Shown here: in pieces, positions 53,392 through 62,765 of the stretch
Layout: each line of letters begins with the position of its first letter
Numbering within the stretch: the first letter of the stretch is position 1
IMG/VR virus record: IMGVR_UViG_3300028920_000001
Location: 1 to 64,000 of that record
DNA from: a virus
Direction: 5' to 3' (one strand)
DNA: 64,000 bases
Notes under the pieces: generated by a model
Database searches by the model: none
What the model saw: only the letters and a program-made list of their open reading frames with translations
Told to the model about the DNA's origin: nothing
Position numbers and translations under genes: made by a program

Positions 53392-54689
53392 GAACCTAAT
53401 TGCTCTACGTCTATAGCATTTGAATCAACTAAATCTCCATAATCTTGGATTTCTGGTTCTCCTGGATCATCATATTCTGAATCATCGTTGTTATCTGAAT
53501 CATCATGTTCATGACTGGTCACAGCATCTTCGGCTAAAGCTGCTAATTCTTCATCGTCCAGCATTCGATAGCCTTCGATAATCTTGTTACGAGCGAGTTC
53601 AATGACTTCATTTAGGTATTCAGGTTGTTTGCTCATCTCTAATCTGAATTTTTCAGACCCAATAGCCTCAATTACATGTGAATCTTTAGGTGATTTGAAA
53701 GCAAAAACCTCCCGTTTTTGCTTATTCCTAATTTTATTAATAATGTTGTAACGCTCGGCCACGGTTAACATAGTTCGAAGTTCATCGACACCAGTCCCAT
53801 AACGAATGGTGATTAGACCGGAATGCCCTTGCTTGGCATCGATCTTGTTTTTAACCATCTTAACTTCGACATCAGTCGAAATGTAGACATCCTCTTTTTC
53901 GTTGATAAGCGGATTCCAGATTTTGGCCTTAACTGACATTTTCGGCTTAAGTAAAACTCGAGTGGAAGCAAAAAATTTGAGAGTGTTACCTCCGGTAGTA
54001 CTTTTAATGGTTTCTTCTAAATGGCCGAAGGCGCCAATTTTATCACGTTGTTGATTGAGAAATAAAACAACAGTTCCGGTTTCGGCAATGATTCGCTGTA
54101 GTTTTGGAAGAAAAGTAGACATTAACCGAGGGACTTCGGCCACTCCTTGCTTTTGCTTTGCATCTGAGACATCACGTTTCATTTCGCGGCCGGATACTAA
54201 AGCTGCGACTGAATCGATAACTACAATATCTATGCCTTGAAGCGCTGCGTTAACAGTTAGAGCTTCAGTCTCTTCAAAAGTTCGAGGTTGAGCTCGTAAA
54301 GCAGCTCCGGAACCACCTAAATCCGGGCTCCTAAAGTCGGCTCCTAATTTGACTGCATAATGATCTTTGACTGCACATTCGAGATCAATATATAAACCAC
54401 AACCACCAGCCTCTACTGCGTGACCTAATGCGGTTAAGGCTAGAGTCGACTTACCGGAACTTTCACGACCGAAGATTTCATTAATTGAGCCCTTAGCCCA
54501 ACCCGGACATAGGAATTTTCCATTCTTTAGTCGACTACCACCGATTAGCATATTGAGGACGGTGCTGCCGGTATTGATACATTGAATTTCTTGATTAGCT
54601 TCTACGAATACATCCCTTACTTTAGTTCTTTTCTCGACTGAAGCCCGATACTTAGCCAGTTTTGGATGCCATGTTGGTTTAGTCGCCAT
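53388..54689 (-). CDS. recA: RecA-family recombinase with acidic C-terminal tail
   Basis: EIFGRESSGKSTLAL (Walker A; RecA has EIYGPESSGKTTL) and IVVIDSVAALV (Walker B). The Met at 54689 (MATKPTW) is preferred over the track start at 54743. Confidence 0.85.
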   Translation of the reverse strand: MATKPTWHPKLAKYRASVEKRTKVRDVFVEANQEIQCINTGSTVLNMLIGGSRLKNGKFLCPGWAKGSINEIFGRESSGKSTLALTALGHAVEAGGCGLYIDLECAVKDHYAVKLGADFRSPDLGGSGAALRAQPRTFEETEALTVNAALQGIDIVVIDSVAALVSGREMKRDVSDAKQKQGVAEVPRLMSTFLPKLQRIIAETGTVVLFLNQQRDKIGAFGHLEETIKSTTGGNTLKFFASTRVLLKPKMSVKAKIWNPLINEKEDVYISTDVEVKMVKNKIDAKQGHSGLITIRYGTGVDELRTMLTVAERYNIINKIRNKQKREVFAFKSPKDSHVIEAIGSEKFRLEMSKQPEYLNEVIELARNKIIEGYRMLDDEELAALAEDAVTSHEHDDSDNNDDSEYDDPGEPEIQDYGDLVDSNAIDVEQLGS

Positions 54690-54717
54690 AATTATCTCTA
54701 AAGTACAATGGTTCCTA

Positions 54718-55443
54718 TTATTTTTGCATAATACTTTCGACAATCTCGGTATTTTCTAGCCATTGCGCAATATCAGGATGAATTTGATCTTTGTTAGGTA
54801 ACTTAATATTGCCCTTAGGAATTTTGCTAAATTGGAAAAATCGATTATTTTCCCTAAATATCATGGCAGTTTTCTTAGTAATTTTTGCACCTAATAAGGA
54901 TTGAACTTTTCGCCTTCGTTTTAGGAATACTTGTTTTTCATTGTCGGTAAGATCATCAGGTTGAATAAATCCATTCCTGAGTTCCATGAATCTAGCAGTA
55001 AATTTAGCCACACAGTAGGCGTCTGCTTCATCAGATTGCATGGGATCAGGATTCATTTGATCTAATTGCACAAACCGTTGAATATCTTGTTTATCAGCGG
55101 ATCCTTTACCAGTCAAGAATTTCACTGTGGCTGGATCAAACAAGACACAATCTTTGCGTTTTTCGAAAATAGCCTCGAGAGAAAACATCATTAGGCCAAA
55201 ATGGCGCTCAGAATATTCCCCACCACCATAGGCTGGACTTTCCAGTCCAACCAAATCTACTCTGTGCCGTCGAAGTAAATCAGCAACTAATGAACGAAAA
55301 TGAATATAACGAGCTACTGGGACTACCGATTTTAATGTTCCCTCATGTCCAGAAGCAATTAGTTTTCTCTTGCCTTTTAATGTAGAATCATAAATAGCCC
55401 ATCCATAGGATAACAAACTCGGATCTAAACCCAAAGCCTTCAT
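54718..55443 (-). CDS. ruvC: RuvC-like Holliday junction resolvase
   Basis: MKALGLDPSLLSYGWAIYD, VGLESPAYGG and DEADAYCVAKF match RuvC catalytic Asp/Glu contexts. The start could be 55443 or 55455. Confidence 0.75.
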   Translation of the reverse strand: MKALGLDPSLLSYGWAIYDSTLKGKRKLIASGHEGTLKSVVPVARYIHFRSLVADLLRRHRVDLVGLESPAYGGGEYSERHFGLMMFSLEAIFEKRKDCVLFDPATVKFLTGKGSADKQDIQRFVQLDQMNPDPMQSDEADAYCVAKFTARFMELRNGFIQPDDLTDNEKQVFLKRRRKVQSLLGAKITKKTAMIFRENNRFFQFSKIPKGNIKLPNKDQIHPDIAQWLENTEIVESIMQK

Positions 55444-57231
55444 ATGATACTCCATTTAGAACCTGATGATGTATATAAATCATTCATTTATACCGGTGCT
55501 CCGATTAAAATAGGTGAATTTAGCGCTAAGAAATTACCATTTAAGTGTAAATGTGGGTCAATAAAATTAATAAGAATGAATACCATTACTACTGGGAAAA
55601 GTACAACTTGTGGGGAATGTAGTAAAATTAACTTAAATTACGGTACTAAATTCAACGATCTTATTTACATCGGGCCTTCAATTCGAATCCATCCTCAAAG
55701 TGAAAAAAAATTATTATTTAAATGTAAATGTGGTAAATCTAAGTATATTAGGTTCTTTACAGTAGAGAAAGGTAAAGCCAAGAAATGCGGGGACTGCAAT
55801 TTAACTGTTATTAAAAAGGGCGACAAAATAGGTAATTTTTGGTATGCTGGAAATGAAATTACTGAATATCTAGGAACAATTAAAAAATATCCATTTAAAT
55901 GCAAATGTGGGAAGATAGTGTTTCTTAGTCTAAGAAACACTAAGAAAAATCAAACATGTGGTAAGTGTAATGAAATATTATTGAAACACATGGAAAAATA
56001 TCAAACTTTTGTTTATTTAGGTAAAGATATTCATATCGGACCTTGGTCTAAAACAAAATTGCCATTTAAATGTAGATGTGGGGCATTAAAGTATATTTCC
56101 ATCTCATCTATTACATGTGGAGATACTGTATCATGTACTAATTGCTATCAAATAATTAGTACATGGTATAAAAATAATGTACCAACACTTAAAAAATTAA
56201 AATGTCCAATCTCCCCTAGTCAATTTCCGATAGGTGGCCCAATTCCATTAGAAACAATTAAATTTCGTTCTAAGAGTTATACCTTTCTTTGTCCTATTTG
56301 TGATAGTCAATATAATCCAACTTTAAATGAAATTGTAAGAGGAAAGCGATTAACATGTGGCTGCATATGCAATAAAATTTCAGTTCCTAATAGAGAAATA
56401 AAAAACTTTATAGATTCATTAAATTTGAATTCTGAATTGGAATTCAAATTAGACGGCAGATATTTTGACATTAAATCAGGTAACTTGTTGATTGAATTGA
56501 ATGGAATCCGTTGGCATTCCAAAATAAATTCAAGACAACGTGATACTGAAAAATATTCAATAGCTATGGACAATGACTACCAATTATTGTCCATATTTGA
56601 AGATGAATGGAAAAACAAAAAACAGATATTTAAAAACATTATACAACATAATCTTGTACGCAGTGAGTCCATACTCTTACGACCTCAAAAGTGTGAAATT
56701 TTAAAAGTTCAAAATAAAGAAATCAACGACTTTTACGAAAGAACTCATTATATTGGTAAATGTAAAGCTAAAGTTCACTATGCTGTTATTCATGATTCTA
56801 AAATTATAGCTGCCATGTCTTTTGGTAAGCCAACTCGGCCTACCAAAAGATACGATTGGGAAATAATACGAATAGCAACAGATCCAAATTACCATGTTCA
56901 TGGAATCTGGTCTAAACTCTTGAAATTGTTTATTAAAGAATATAAACCAAAGTCCATTGTGTCTTTTTCAGATAATCGTTTGTTTACTGGAAAAGTGTAT
57001 GAAAAATTGGGTTTCACTTATGATGGAGATGTGAAACCTGATTACTACTGGACGTTAGGAAATAAGAGATTCCATAAATCTAATCTCAGGAAAACTAAAG
57101 AAGAAAAATTAACTGGTTTAACTGAAACTCAGTTAAGAGAAGCCCAGGGATATAAGAAAATTTGGGATTTAGGGAAAAAGAGATGGGTCTATCAATTGAT
57201 AGACCCATCTAATTCCAAAGCCCGCACTTAG
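55444..57231 (+). CDS. Large homing-endonuclease-like ORF: 4-5 tandem Zn-ribbon units + Vsr/DUF559-like nuclease core + GNAT-like C-terminal domain
   Basis: Repeated ~58-aa units (KKLPFKCKCGxxKxI...CGxC). Then RYFDIKSGNLLIELNGIRWHS and the C-terminal block IVSFSDNRLFTGKVYEKLGF...PDYYW. It is the only + strand gene in a - strand block. Confidence 0.6.
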   Translation: MILHLEPDDVYKSFIYTGAPIKIGEFSAKKLPFKCKCGSIKLIRMNTITTGKSTTCGECSKINLNYGTKFNDLIYIGPSIRIHPQSEKKLLFKCKCGKSKYIRFFTVEKGKAKKCGDCNLTVIKKGDKIGNFWYAGNEITEYLGTIKKYPFKCKCGKIVFLSLRNTKKNQTCGKCNEILLKHMEKYQTFVYLGKDIHIGPWSKTKLPFKCRCGALKYISISSITCGDTVSCTNCYQIISTWYKNNVPTLKKLKCPISPSQFPIGGPIPLETIKFRSKSYTFLCPICDSQYNPTLNEIVRGKRLTCGCICNKISVPNREIKNFIDSLNLNSELEFKLDGRYFDIKSGNLLIELNGIRWHSKINSRQRDTEKYSIAMDNDYQLLSIFEDEWKNKKQIFKNIIQHNLVRSESILLRPQKCEILKVQNKEINDFYERTHYIGKCKAKVHYAVIHDSKIIAAMSFGKPTRPTKRYDWEIIRIATDPNYHVHGIWSKLLKLFIKEYKPKSIVSFSDNRLFTGKVYEKLGFTYDGDVKPDYYWTLGNKRFHKSNLRKTKEEKLTGLTETQLREAQGYKKIWDLGKKRWVYQLIDPSNSKART

Positions 57232-58115
57232 AGTAAATCGTCGTAGCCCTGCTGAAGTTTCGGTGCTTCAGCAGAAGCTTCGCCTGAACCTAACTGATTA
57301 GAACTGCCGCCACCACTGATGCGTTGTTGGAGTTGCTCTGCTGTGAGCTCGAACCCAAGCTCTTTTTCGACATGCTTCCAAGCTCGCAATCCTTCTTCCA
57401 AAATCCACTGGCGGATTTCCGGCTTGATGCCTTCTTTGCGTGCCCAAGCCGCAGTCATTCCATTTTCGAAATTCTGCTTTTGATATTTTGAATCACCATC
57501 CAAGGTGACCTTGATATCAATTACCTTGAAATCGTTTTTGCGTGCACTAGCATAAGTGCTCTCGAATTTCTTATATTTCTTGGCACTCATCCGATAGAGT
57601 TCGATGGTAGTATATTTCTTTTGATTCAGCAGTTCCAGATCTGCTTCACCATCCTCATCGATCGGGTATTTCAGAATGACACAGCCGACATGTTGCTGTG
57701 CATCATCTAATTTCTTAGTGCTGCAGCAAACGGCTCGATGAGTAATGGTCTTCCCATCTCGCTTGCTCAGGCAGCGAATGGTTCCAAATCCATCACCGAA
57801 GTGGGTGTAAGCTGCTGCGAATTTAGGGCTTTCGATGTTAAGCCGATCAACCTCAGTTAGATCCTTAACGTCTTTACCCATTCTTTCGGCTAACTTGACA
57901 TCAACCTTCTTAACAATATCTGCGATTTCTTCATCGGTAAGAGGGCTGCCTTTTTCCTTAGCCTTGTGCTTTAGGACTGCATCAACATGTTTCTTGAAAG
58001 AGATGACGGAAATTCGGCTAAGTTCGCCCGGCCGGCTTTGGGTGAATCGCTCATAACCACTAACCTGAACGACCTTGCCATCATCAAACCCGAACTCCAT
58101 TACGTCGCTAGACAT
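57228..58115 (-). CDS. gp32-like single-stranded DNA-binding protein
   Basis: Strong AAGGAGG 5 nt upstream. The order of blocks (GELSRISVISFKK; IRCLSKRDGKTITHRAVCCS; GCVILKYPIDEDGE; IELYRMSAKKYKKF; acidic tail ending YDDLL) parallels T4 gp32 as I recall it. Confidence 0.5.
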   Translation of the reverse strand: MSSDVMEFGFDDGKVVQVSGYERFTQSRPGELSRISVISFKKHVDAVLKHKAKEKGSPLTDEEIADIVKKVDVKLAERMGKDVKDLTEVDRLNIESPKFAAAYTHFGDGFGTIRCLSKRDGKTITHRAVCCSTKKLDDAQQHVGCVILKYPIDEDGEADLELLNQKKYTTIELYRMSAKKYKKFESTYASARKNDFKVIDIKVTLDGDSKYQKQNFENGMTAAWARKEGIKPEIRQWILEEGLRAWKHVEKELGFELTAEQLQQRISGGGSSNQLGSGEASAEAPKLQQGYDDLL

Positions 58116-58194
58116 TGTTGCCTCCTTAGACCTTTAAACCCGTAAACGAGTGAACGGTTGTCTTTGAACAATACAACTATACATTTAAAAATTA

Positions 58195-58959
58195 TCACTT
58201 TAACAGGTCTTCGTAAGATATGCCTTCAGTAGATTCGGAGGTCTTTGTTTCAGGATTGGGACTATCATTAGGAGATTGGGACTCTTGATTAAAAAAATCT
58301 GCTATAGCATTAGCATGGGAGCCACTTAATGGCTCTGGTAAATCATCCGGTCTTTTATTTGGATCTAATATTTCTTTAGGGTCAATCCTATTTCTATTAA
58401 CTGCTGGAGGCATTCCGTGACTAAGTCGGCCCTGTTCGTCAGCTGAGCCTGAAGAATATCCGCCATCACCTCCAAATTGGCTACTTCGGTCATCTTTTAC
58501 TAATTGACGTTGAAAACGAATATCTCCATTAGTTTTCTGAAGGTCATCATACTTGAGTTTGACTATTTTAGCGGTTTCTTGAATATCTAAGAGTTCAACC
58601 TTGAGTTTAACGATAGTTTCAGCCTCATTTTTTAACATAGAGGCTGCGACCGCTTTTTTAATACCCTCTGATGGTTGCTGACGAACTATAGTATCATCAG
58701 CTAATTTTTCTTGCATTTTGAGATCTAAGTCAAGTTCGGATTGTTTGACTTCAATTCTTAAATCTCGTTCTCGTTTCTTAATTTTTTGAAGATAATACTG
58801 AACTCGATTGAGATAACTTCGACACTGAGCTATAGATTTCTGGAGATAAATAAATCCGTATTGAGGTTGAGTCGGATCTTCTACTAATTCAATTTCATAT
58901 CCAGCAATTTCATTTAATATCTGGTCTAATTGTTCTTTAGAAAACACCTCTTCGGTCAT
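58195..58959 (-). CDS. Coiled-coil protein with acidic tail ending YEDLLK
   Basis: 254-aa ORF with heptad-rich N-terminal two thirds and a Gly/Ser/Pro-rich tail. Confidence 0.55.
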   Translation of the reverse strand: MTEEVFSKEQLDQILNEIAGYEIELVEDPTQPQYGFIYLQKSIAQCRSYLNRVQYYLQKIKKRERDLRIEVKQSELDLDLKMQEKLADDTIVRQQPSEGIKKAVAASMLKNEAETIVKLKVELLDIQETAKIVKLKYDDLQKTNGDIRFQRQLVKDDRSSQFGGDGGYSSGSADEQGRLSHGMPPAVNRNRIDPKEILDPNKRPDDLPEPLSGSHANAIADFFNQESQSPNDSPNPETKTSESTEGISYEDLLK

Positions 58960-58965
58960 GCTGAA

Positions 58966-59307
58966 TTATACATCTGATTTAAGCTGCTTTTCTCTGTGTT
59001 CGATGACACTTTTATGATTTGTGCTGCTGGCTTTAATTCGATCATTGGCTTCATCAACTGAAATAGCTCCTCGAGCGATAGCAGTATCAATAGCTGCCTT
59101 AGTTACAATTTCGCTAGCTTTTAAAGTGAGCAAATGAGCTTCTTCAAGAGATGTAGAGGTTGAACTGCCACTTGCATATACAAATTCAACGTTCATAGAA
59201 ACGAAATGATGAGCTTTCAGTCCAGCTTTATGGGTATCAAATCCGTGTGATATGGTAGCAGATCTCACCACCACTTTTACGTCTTCTTCTTCTTTTGTTT
59301 CACTCAT
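58966..59307 (-). CDS. Hypothetical protein
   Basis: 113-aa ORF, first gene after a 107-nt gap. Confidence 0.55.
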   Translation of the reverse strand: MSETKEEEDVKVVVRSATISHGFDTHKAGLKAHHFVSMNVEFVYASGSSTSTSLEEAHLLTLKASEIVTKAAIDTAIARGAISVDEANDRIKASSTNHKSVIEHREKQLKSDV

Positions 59308-59348
59308 GATTAAGTTTACATTTTTCGAATTTGTTTTCTTTTGAAATA

Positions 59349-59357
59349 ATTATAACA
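59349..59357 (-). promoter_or_regulatory. Extended -10 element TGTTATAAT (minus strand) upstream of 58966..59307
   Basis: The reverse complement of 59349-59357 reads tgttataat. It lies 41 nt upstream of ATG 59307. No good -35 element was found. Confidence 0.3.
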
Positions 59358-59414
59358 TAATCTTCAGATTTCCCTACTGACCATCCGGCGAGCAGGCGTA
59401 TCGATGGTAGAGCT

Positions 59415-59813
59415 TCAACTGTTCATCACTTTATGGACTGTATAATTCTTTTTAAGATTAGTAATCGTATTATGTTCATGAACGATCCAAACGATACCTA
59501 ACCAGCCCCAACACATTAAACAAAGATAAAAGGGTTTGCCTATATAATTATTTATATAAGATTCCATAATTGATGAATCTAATCTGATATAGATACTAAC
59601 ATAAATTAAGATAGCTACACCGAAATAAATTGAGCTAATAATACTCCAAGTCCAAATATTAGTGAAAAACACGGTTGTAAAAGATACGGTAAATGGAATT
59701 GCCATCCATGCGGTATAACAACTAAATTCAGCTTTGGCTACTTTAATTTCATACTGAGATTTAATTTTCTCAATATCTGTTTGATTTGGTTTAACCAGAC
59801 CTGAACTACTCAT
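59415..59813 (-). CDS. Multi-TM membrane protein, ending in VMNS
   Basis: 132 aa with three or four hydrophobic segments. Confidence 0.55.
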   Translation of the reverse strand: MSSSGLVKPNQTDIEKIKSQYEIKVAKAEFSCYTAWMAIPFTVSFTTVFFTNIWTWSIISSIYFGVAILIYVSIYIRLDSSIMESYINNYIGKPFYLCLMCWGWLGIVWIVHEHNTITNLKKNYTVHKVMNS

Positions 59814-59814
59814 G

Positions 59815-60021
59815 TCAGTCTTCCATAATCATAGTAACAAATGCTTCTTTTAAATAAATTTTATATAATTTGGGTGAATCTGCTTCTCGACACCAAGGGC
59901 AAATTTCATCCAACGGAATAAGATCACCATCCAAAGCACACGGTTTACCACAACGTTGACATCCAATTACTCCACTAGCAATGGAAATTGGTCTGGCATG
60001 TTGAGGATCATAATGTAACAT
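59815..60021 (-). CDS. Small zinc-ribbon protein ending in IMED
   Basis: CQRCGKPC...CPWC motifs, C-terminus EAFVTMIMED. Confidence 0.6.
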   Translation of the reverse strand: MLHYDPQHARPISIASGVIGCQRCGKPCALDGDLIPLDEICPWCREADSPKLYKIYLKEAFVTMIMED

Positions 60022-60561
60022 TCAAGATTCCATGATTTCAGCTACAAATGACTCTTTTTTCAGTCTAGAAATTCTATGGTGCAATATTATGAGCCAAGGA
60101 AATGATACTAACCAAGCAACACAGGCTAACATGATGAACGTGTATTCTGGGAGTTTTTTAATGATTGCAATTTTAGATCGGAAAGATTGATTTATTCTAG
60201 TAATTCGAAAGATAAATGAAAAACTCCACGCTATTCCTATTACACAAATAATTGGCGTTATCCAAAGACTGGGGTTTGTTTTTACCATAAAGAAATGATT
60301 GATGATTGGAGTTGCCATTGATCCTACGGTAGCTGCGACAGGAGTCATCCACATTCGAGAAAATGATCTATAAATCCGTTGAAATTTTAAATCTTCCAAC
60401 ATCTGTGCTGGAAAAGAACGGTTAAGAATCTGAACCAAATTTTGCATTTGATTCGTAAATTCAGTACATGATACTCCCATACTTTTAAGTGCCTTATTAT
60501 ATTGCTTCGTTAAGAGTTTTTGATTTTTTAGATAGTCTTGAATGATTTTTTCTTGGTTCAT
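60022..60561 (-). CDS. Membrane protein ending in IMES
   Basis: 179 aa with several hydrophobic segments, C-terminus ESFVAEIMES. Confidence 0.6.
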   Translation of the reverse strand: MNQEKIIQDYLKNQKLLTKQYNKALKSMGVSCTEFTNQMQNLVQILNRSFPAQMLEDLKFQRIYRSFSRMWMTPVAATVGSMATPIINHFFMVKTNPSLWITPIICVIGIAWSFSFIFRITRINQSFRSKIAIIKKLPEYTFIMLACVAWLVSFPWLIILHHRISRLKKESFVAEIMES

Positions 60562-61007
60562 ACTGAAGAAGTCCAGGTATTAGGAATTGGATGATGTTCA
60601 ATTTGAATGCCTGCTGCTTTTGCTGCTTCGAAAATTCGTTCATCTCGATAAAACTCACCATAAACAACTCGTTTGACTCCCGCATTACTTAACATTTTAA
60701 AGCATAACCAACAGGGAGAAGCCGTAACATATAAAGTTGAATTTCGAAGTCGGGTCCCATTTGCTGCCGCTTGAGCAATAGCATTAGCTTCAGCATGAAT
60801 GGTTCGAACACAATGACCATCTTCCATCATATGACCAACTTCATCACAATGTGGAAGTCCCTTGATGCTGCCATTATATCCTGTACTTAAAATGGATTTG
60901 TTTTCTCCGATAATTACACAACCTACTTGTTTTCGATCACAGGTCCCGCGTTCAGCCACCACAGTGGCAATCTTCATGAAATAGTCGTCCCAGCTAGCTC
61001 TTGACAT
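60558..61007 (-). CDS. dCMP deaminase
   Basis: HAEANAI and SPCWLCFKML give the zinc-binding HAE...PCxxC signature. The size and ATVVAERGTCDRKQVGCVI context fit deoxycytidylate deaminases. Confidence 0.85.
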   Translation of the reverse strand: MSRASWDDYFMKIATVVAERGTCDRKQVGCVIIGENKSILSTGYNGSIKGLPHCDEVGHMMEDGHCVRTIHAEANAIAQAAANGTRLRNSTLYVTASPCWLCFKMLSNAGVKRVVYGEFYRDERIFEAAKAAGIQIEHHPIPNTWTSSV

Positions 61008-61015
61008 AGATTAGA

Positions 61016-61201
61016 TTACATTTCCATGATGAAATTAACGATATATGTTTGCCAGTATTCAATGGCTTCTGGAATGGAAAAAGCAGGAGGGCCTTCATGA
61101 TAGCATTCTTCATTAAGACATCCGACGAGAAAGAAGTGCCTTCGATGCCAGACATCACATTTTTGCCCACAGATAGGACAAGGTCCTAAATTTGTTTTCA
61201 T
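61016..61201 (-). CDS. Small zinc-ribbon protein ending in IMEM
   Basis: CPICGQKC...C..EC motifs, 61 aa. Confidence 0.55.
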   Translation of the reverse strand: MKTNLGPCPICGQKCDVWHRRHFFLVGCLNEECYHEGPPAFSIPEAIEYWQTYIVNFIMEM

Positions 61202-61725
61202 GACACCATAACGCTAGTTACTATTCGTTCTTTTCGATTAGCTCTTCTCACTTTTAGATTCCATAATTTTTTGGATTGAGGATGACATGTACATTTTGTG
61301 ACTACAAAGAAATTATCTTCACCAGGGCCGATGGCAATGATTTTACCAATTTCTACTGGCTTATTATGGATATGAATAAATAACTCTTTATGTTTTTTAA
61401 TGATACTAACTAAAATAATTGTCCAAATTGCAGTTAATCCAATTCTTAAATATAGACTGCCTGGCTCAGAAGGAAAAACATAAGGCACCCATTTAGCAAA
61501 ACTCGGTGGTGCCCATCTATAAGTAGCAAGATAAATATAAAGCAAAATCCAAAATCGTGACCACCAAATCTTACGACTCAGAGGTCGTTTTTTCTCCCAT
61601 TCTAATGTTTTATCAAGTGACCAAAATAATGGTTTGAAGATAATACCTAGTACTTTAAACAGAAGTTTCAGGAAACCCATATCTAAAAGACGTGTTAAGA
61701 TAGGGTCTCGTTTGCTAACATTCAT
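61198..61725 (-). CDS. Membrane protein, ending in VMVS
   Basis: 175 aa with three or more hydrophobic segments. Confidence 0.55.
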   Translation of the reverse strand: MNVSKRDPILTRLLDMGFLKLLFKVLGIIFKPLFWSLDKTLEWEKKRPLSRKIWWSRFWILLYIYLATYRWAPPSFAKWVPYVFPSEPGSLYLRIGLTAIWTIILVSIIKKHKELFIHIHNKPVEIGKIIAIGPGEDNFFVVTKCTCHPQSKKLWNLKVRRANRKERIVTSVMVS

Positions 61726-62765
61726 CGTTCATTTTGGCAAATTAGAAAGTCGCCGCCACAATGATCATAGCAACTTTGCCAAATTTCACTGGGCATTTCA
61801 TGCTTATCTTGACAGATTTTTCGACACTTCCATAATTTATCCTGGCAGGTAGGTTCCCAAGGAACTTGGTCCATATCCCAAGCTAATCCGACTTCCCAAA
61901 TTTCATTTACAGGGCGATATTGGCTAACAAATCGTTCTTTTCTTCCATCAGTATACCAAACTGCCAGAATCCCTTTTTCTCCGTCTTTTCCTCGTTGAAT
62001 GCGTGTTTTGTGGTCTGTTCGCCATTTATTGGTTTTGCGGAATTTCTTTTTATACGGCTCGGTACCATTGCTGATCCAACGAGTTTTCTTAATTGGTTTC
62101 TTGATTTGAACGTTTCGACTATACAAAACCACACGTAACTTACTTAAATCTTCAGTGACTTCATAAGTTTCGGCATGTAAATAAACTGAAGCTGGATATG
62201 GATTCTTAAAAACTAAATCAAGTTCAGGATAACTAACAGTTGCATCAAACCCTCGTTTGATATAAGTCGATGGTCTCGAATGAGAAGTTCGCTGCACAAT
62301 TTCCATTCCTGACATTAATGCTGCAGCATGGATTGTAGAACTTACCTGACAAGTTCCACCACCGTATTCTTCTTTAAATTCACCGAGATAAATTATGATA
62401 GAAGTCATATACCCGAATTCTTCTGTTCGGGGACCTACTGTTTTATTATAAGAAAATGAATCACCAGGATGAATTGGGATCCATTCTAAATTTGCTACAT
62501 TAGTCTTAATATTATGAGCTCGATTTTCATATCGGGAGGTTTTATATTTACCTACATGCTGGTAAATAGTTTCATATTCTCCCACCACATGATACTTATC
62601 ATATGATTCTGGTGATTTTATTTCAGGAAAAGTAATTTCCGGCCATTTCTGAAGAACTAATAGCTGTGGCTGTGGCTGTGGCTGTGGTTCAGTTTTACAA
62701 GCTGGGATTAGATAAGAGATCGTAATTCCGATAAAGACTGAGGTGAGAATTCTGATCAAATTCAT
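61722..62765 (-). CDS. VanW-domain lipoprotein with (PQ)n linker and Cys-rich C-terminus
   Basis: The N-terminus ISYLIPACK is a possible lipobox. GDSFSYNKTVGPRTEEFGY...GGGTCQVSSTIHAAALMSGMEIVQRTSHSRP...GFDATV matches the VanW core (GGGiCQvSTTLy.A...aGL....R..Hs). Confidence 0.65.
   Translation of the reverse strand: MNLIRILTSVFIGITISYLIPACKTEPQPQPQPQLLVLQKWPEITFPEIKSPESYDKYHVVGEYETIYQHVGKYKTSRYENRAHNIKTNVANLEWIPIHPGDSFSYNKTVGPRTEEFGYMTSIIIYLGEFKEEYGGGTCQVSSTIHAAALMSGMEIVQRTSHSRPSTYIKRGFDATVSYPELDLVFKNPYPASVYLHAETYEVTEDLSKLRVVLYSRNVQIKKPIKKTRWISNGTEPYKKKFRKTNKWRTDHKTRIQRGKDGEKGILAVWYTDGRKERFVSQYRPVNEIWEVGLAWDMDQVPWEPTCQDKLWKCRKICQDKHEMPSEIWQSCYDHCGGDFLICQNER

Noticed and set aside
55431-57222. 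8-nt direct repeat ccaaagcc (55431-55438 and 57215-57222) as a target-site duplication for ORF 55444..57231.
   Set aside because: It is too short to separate from chance, and both copies lie inside coding sequence. It is mentioned only as a hint.
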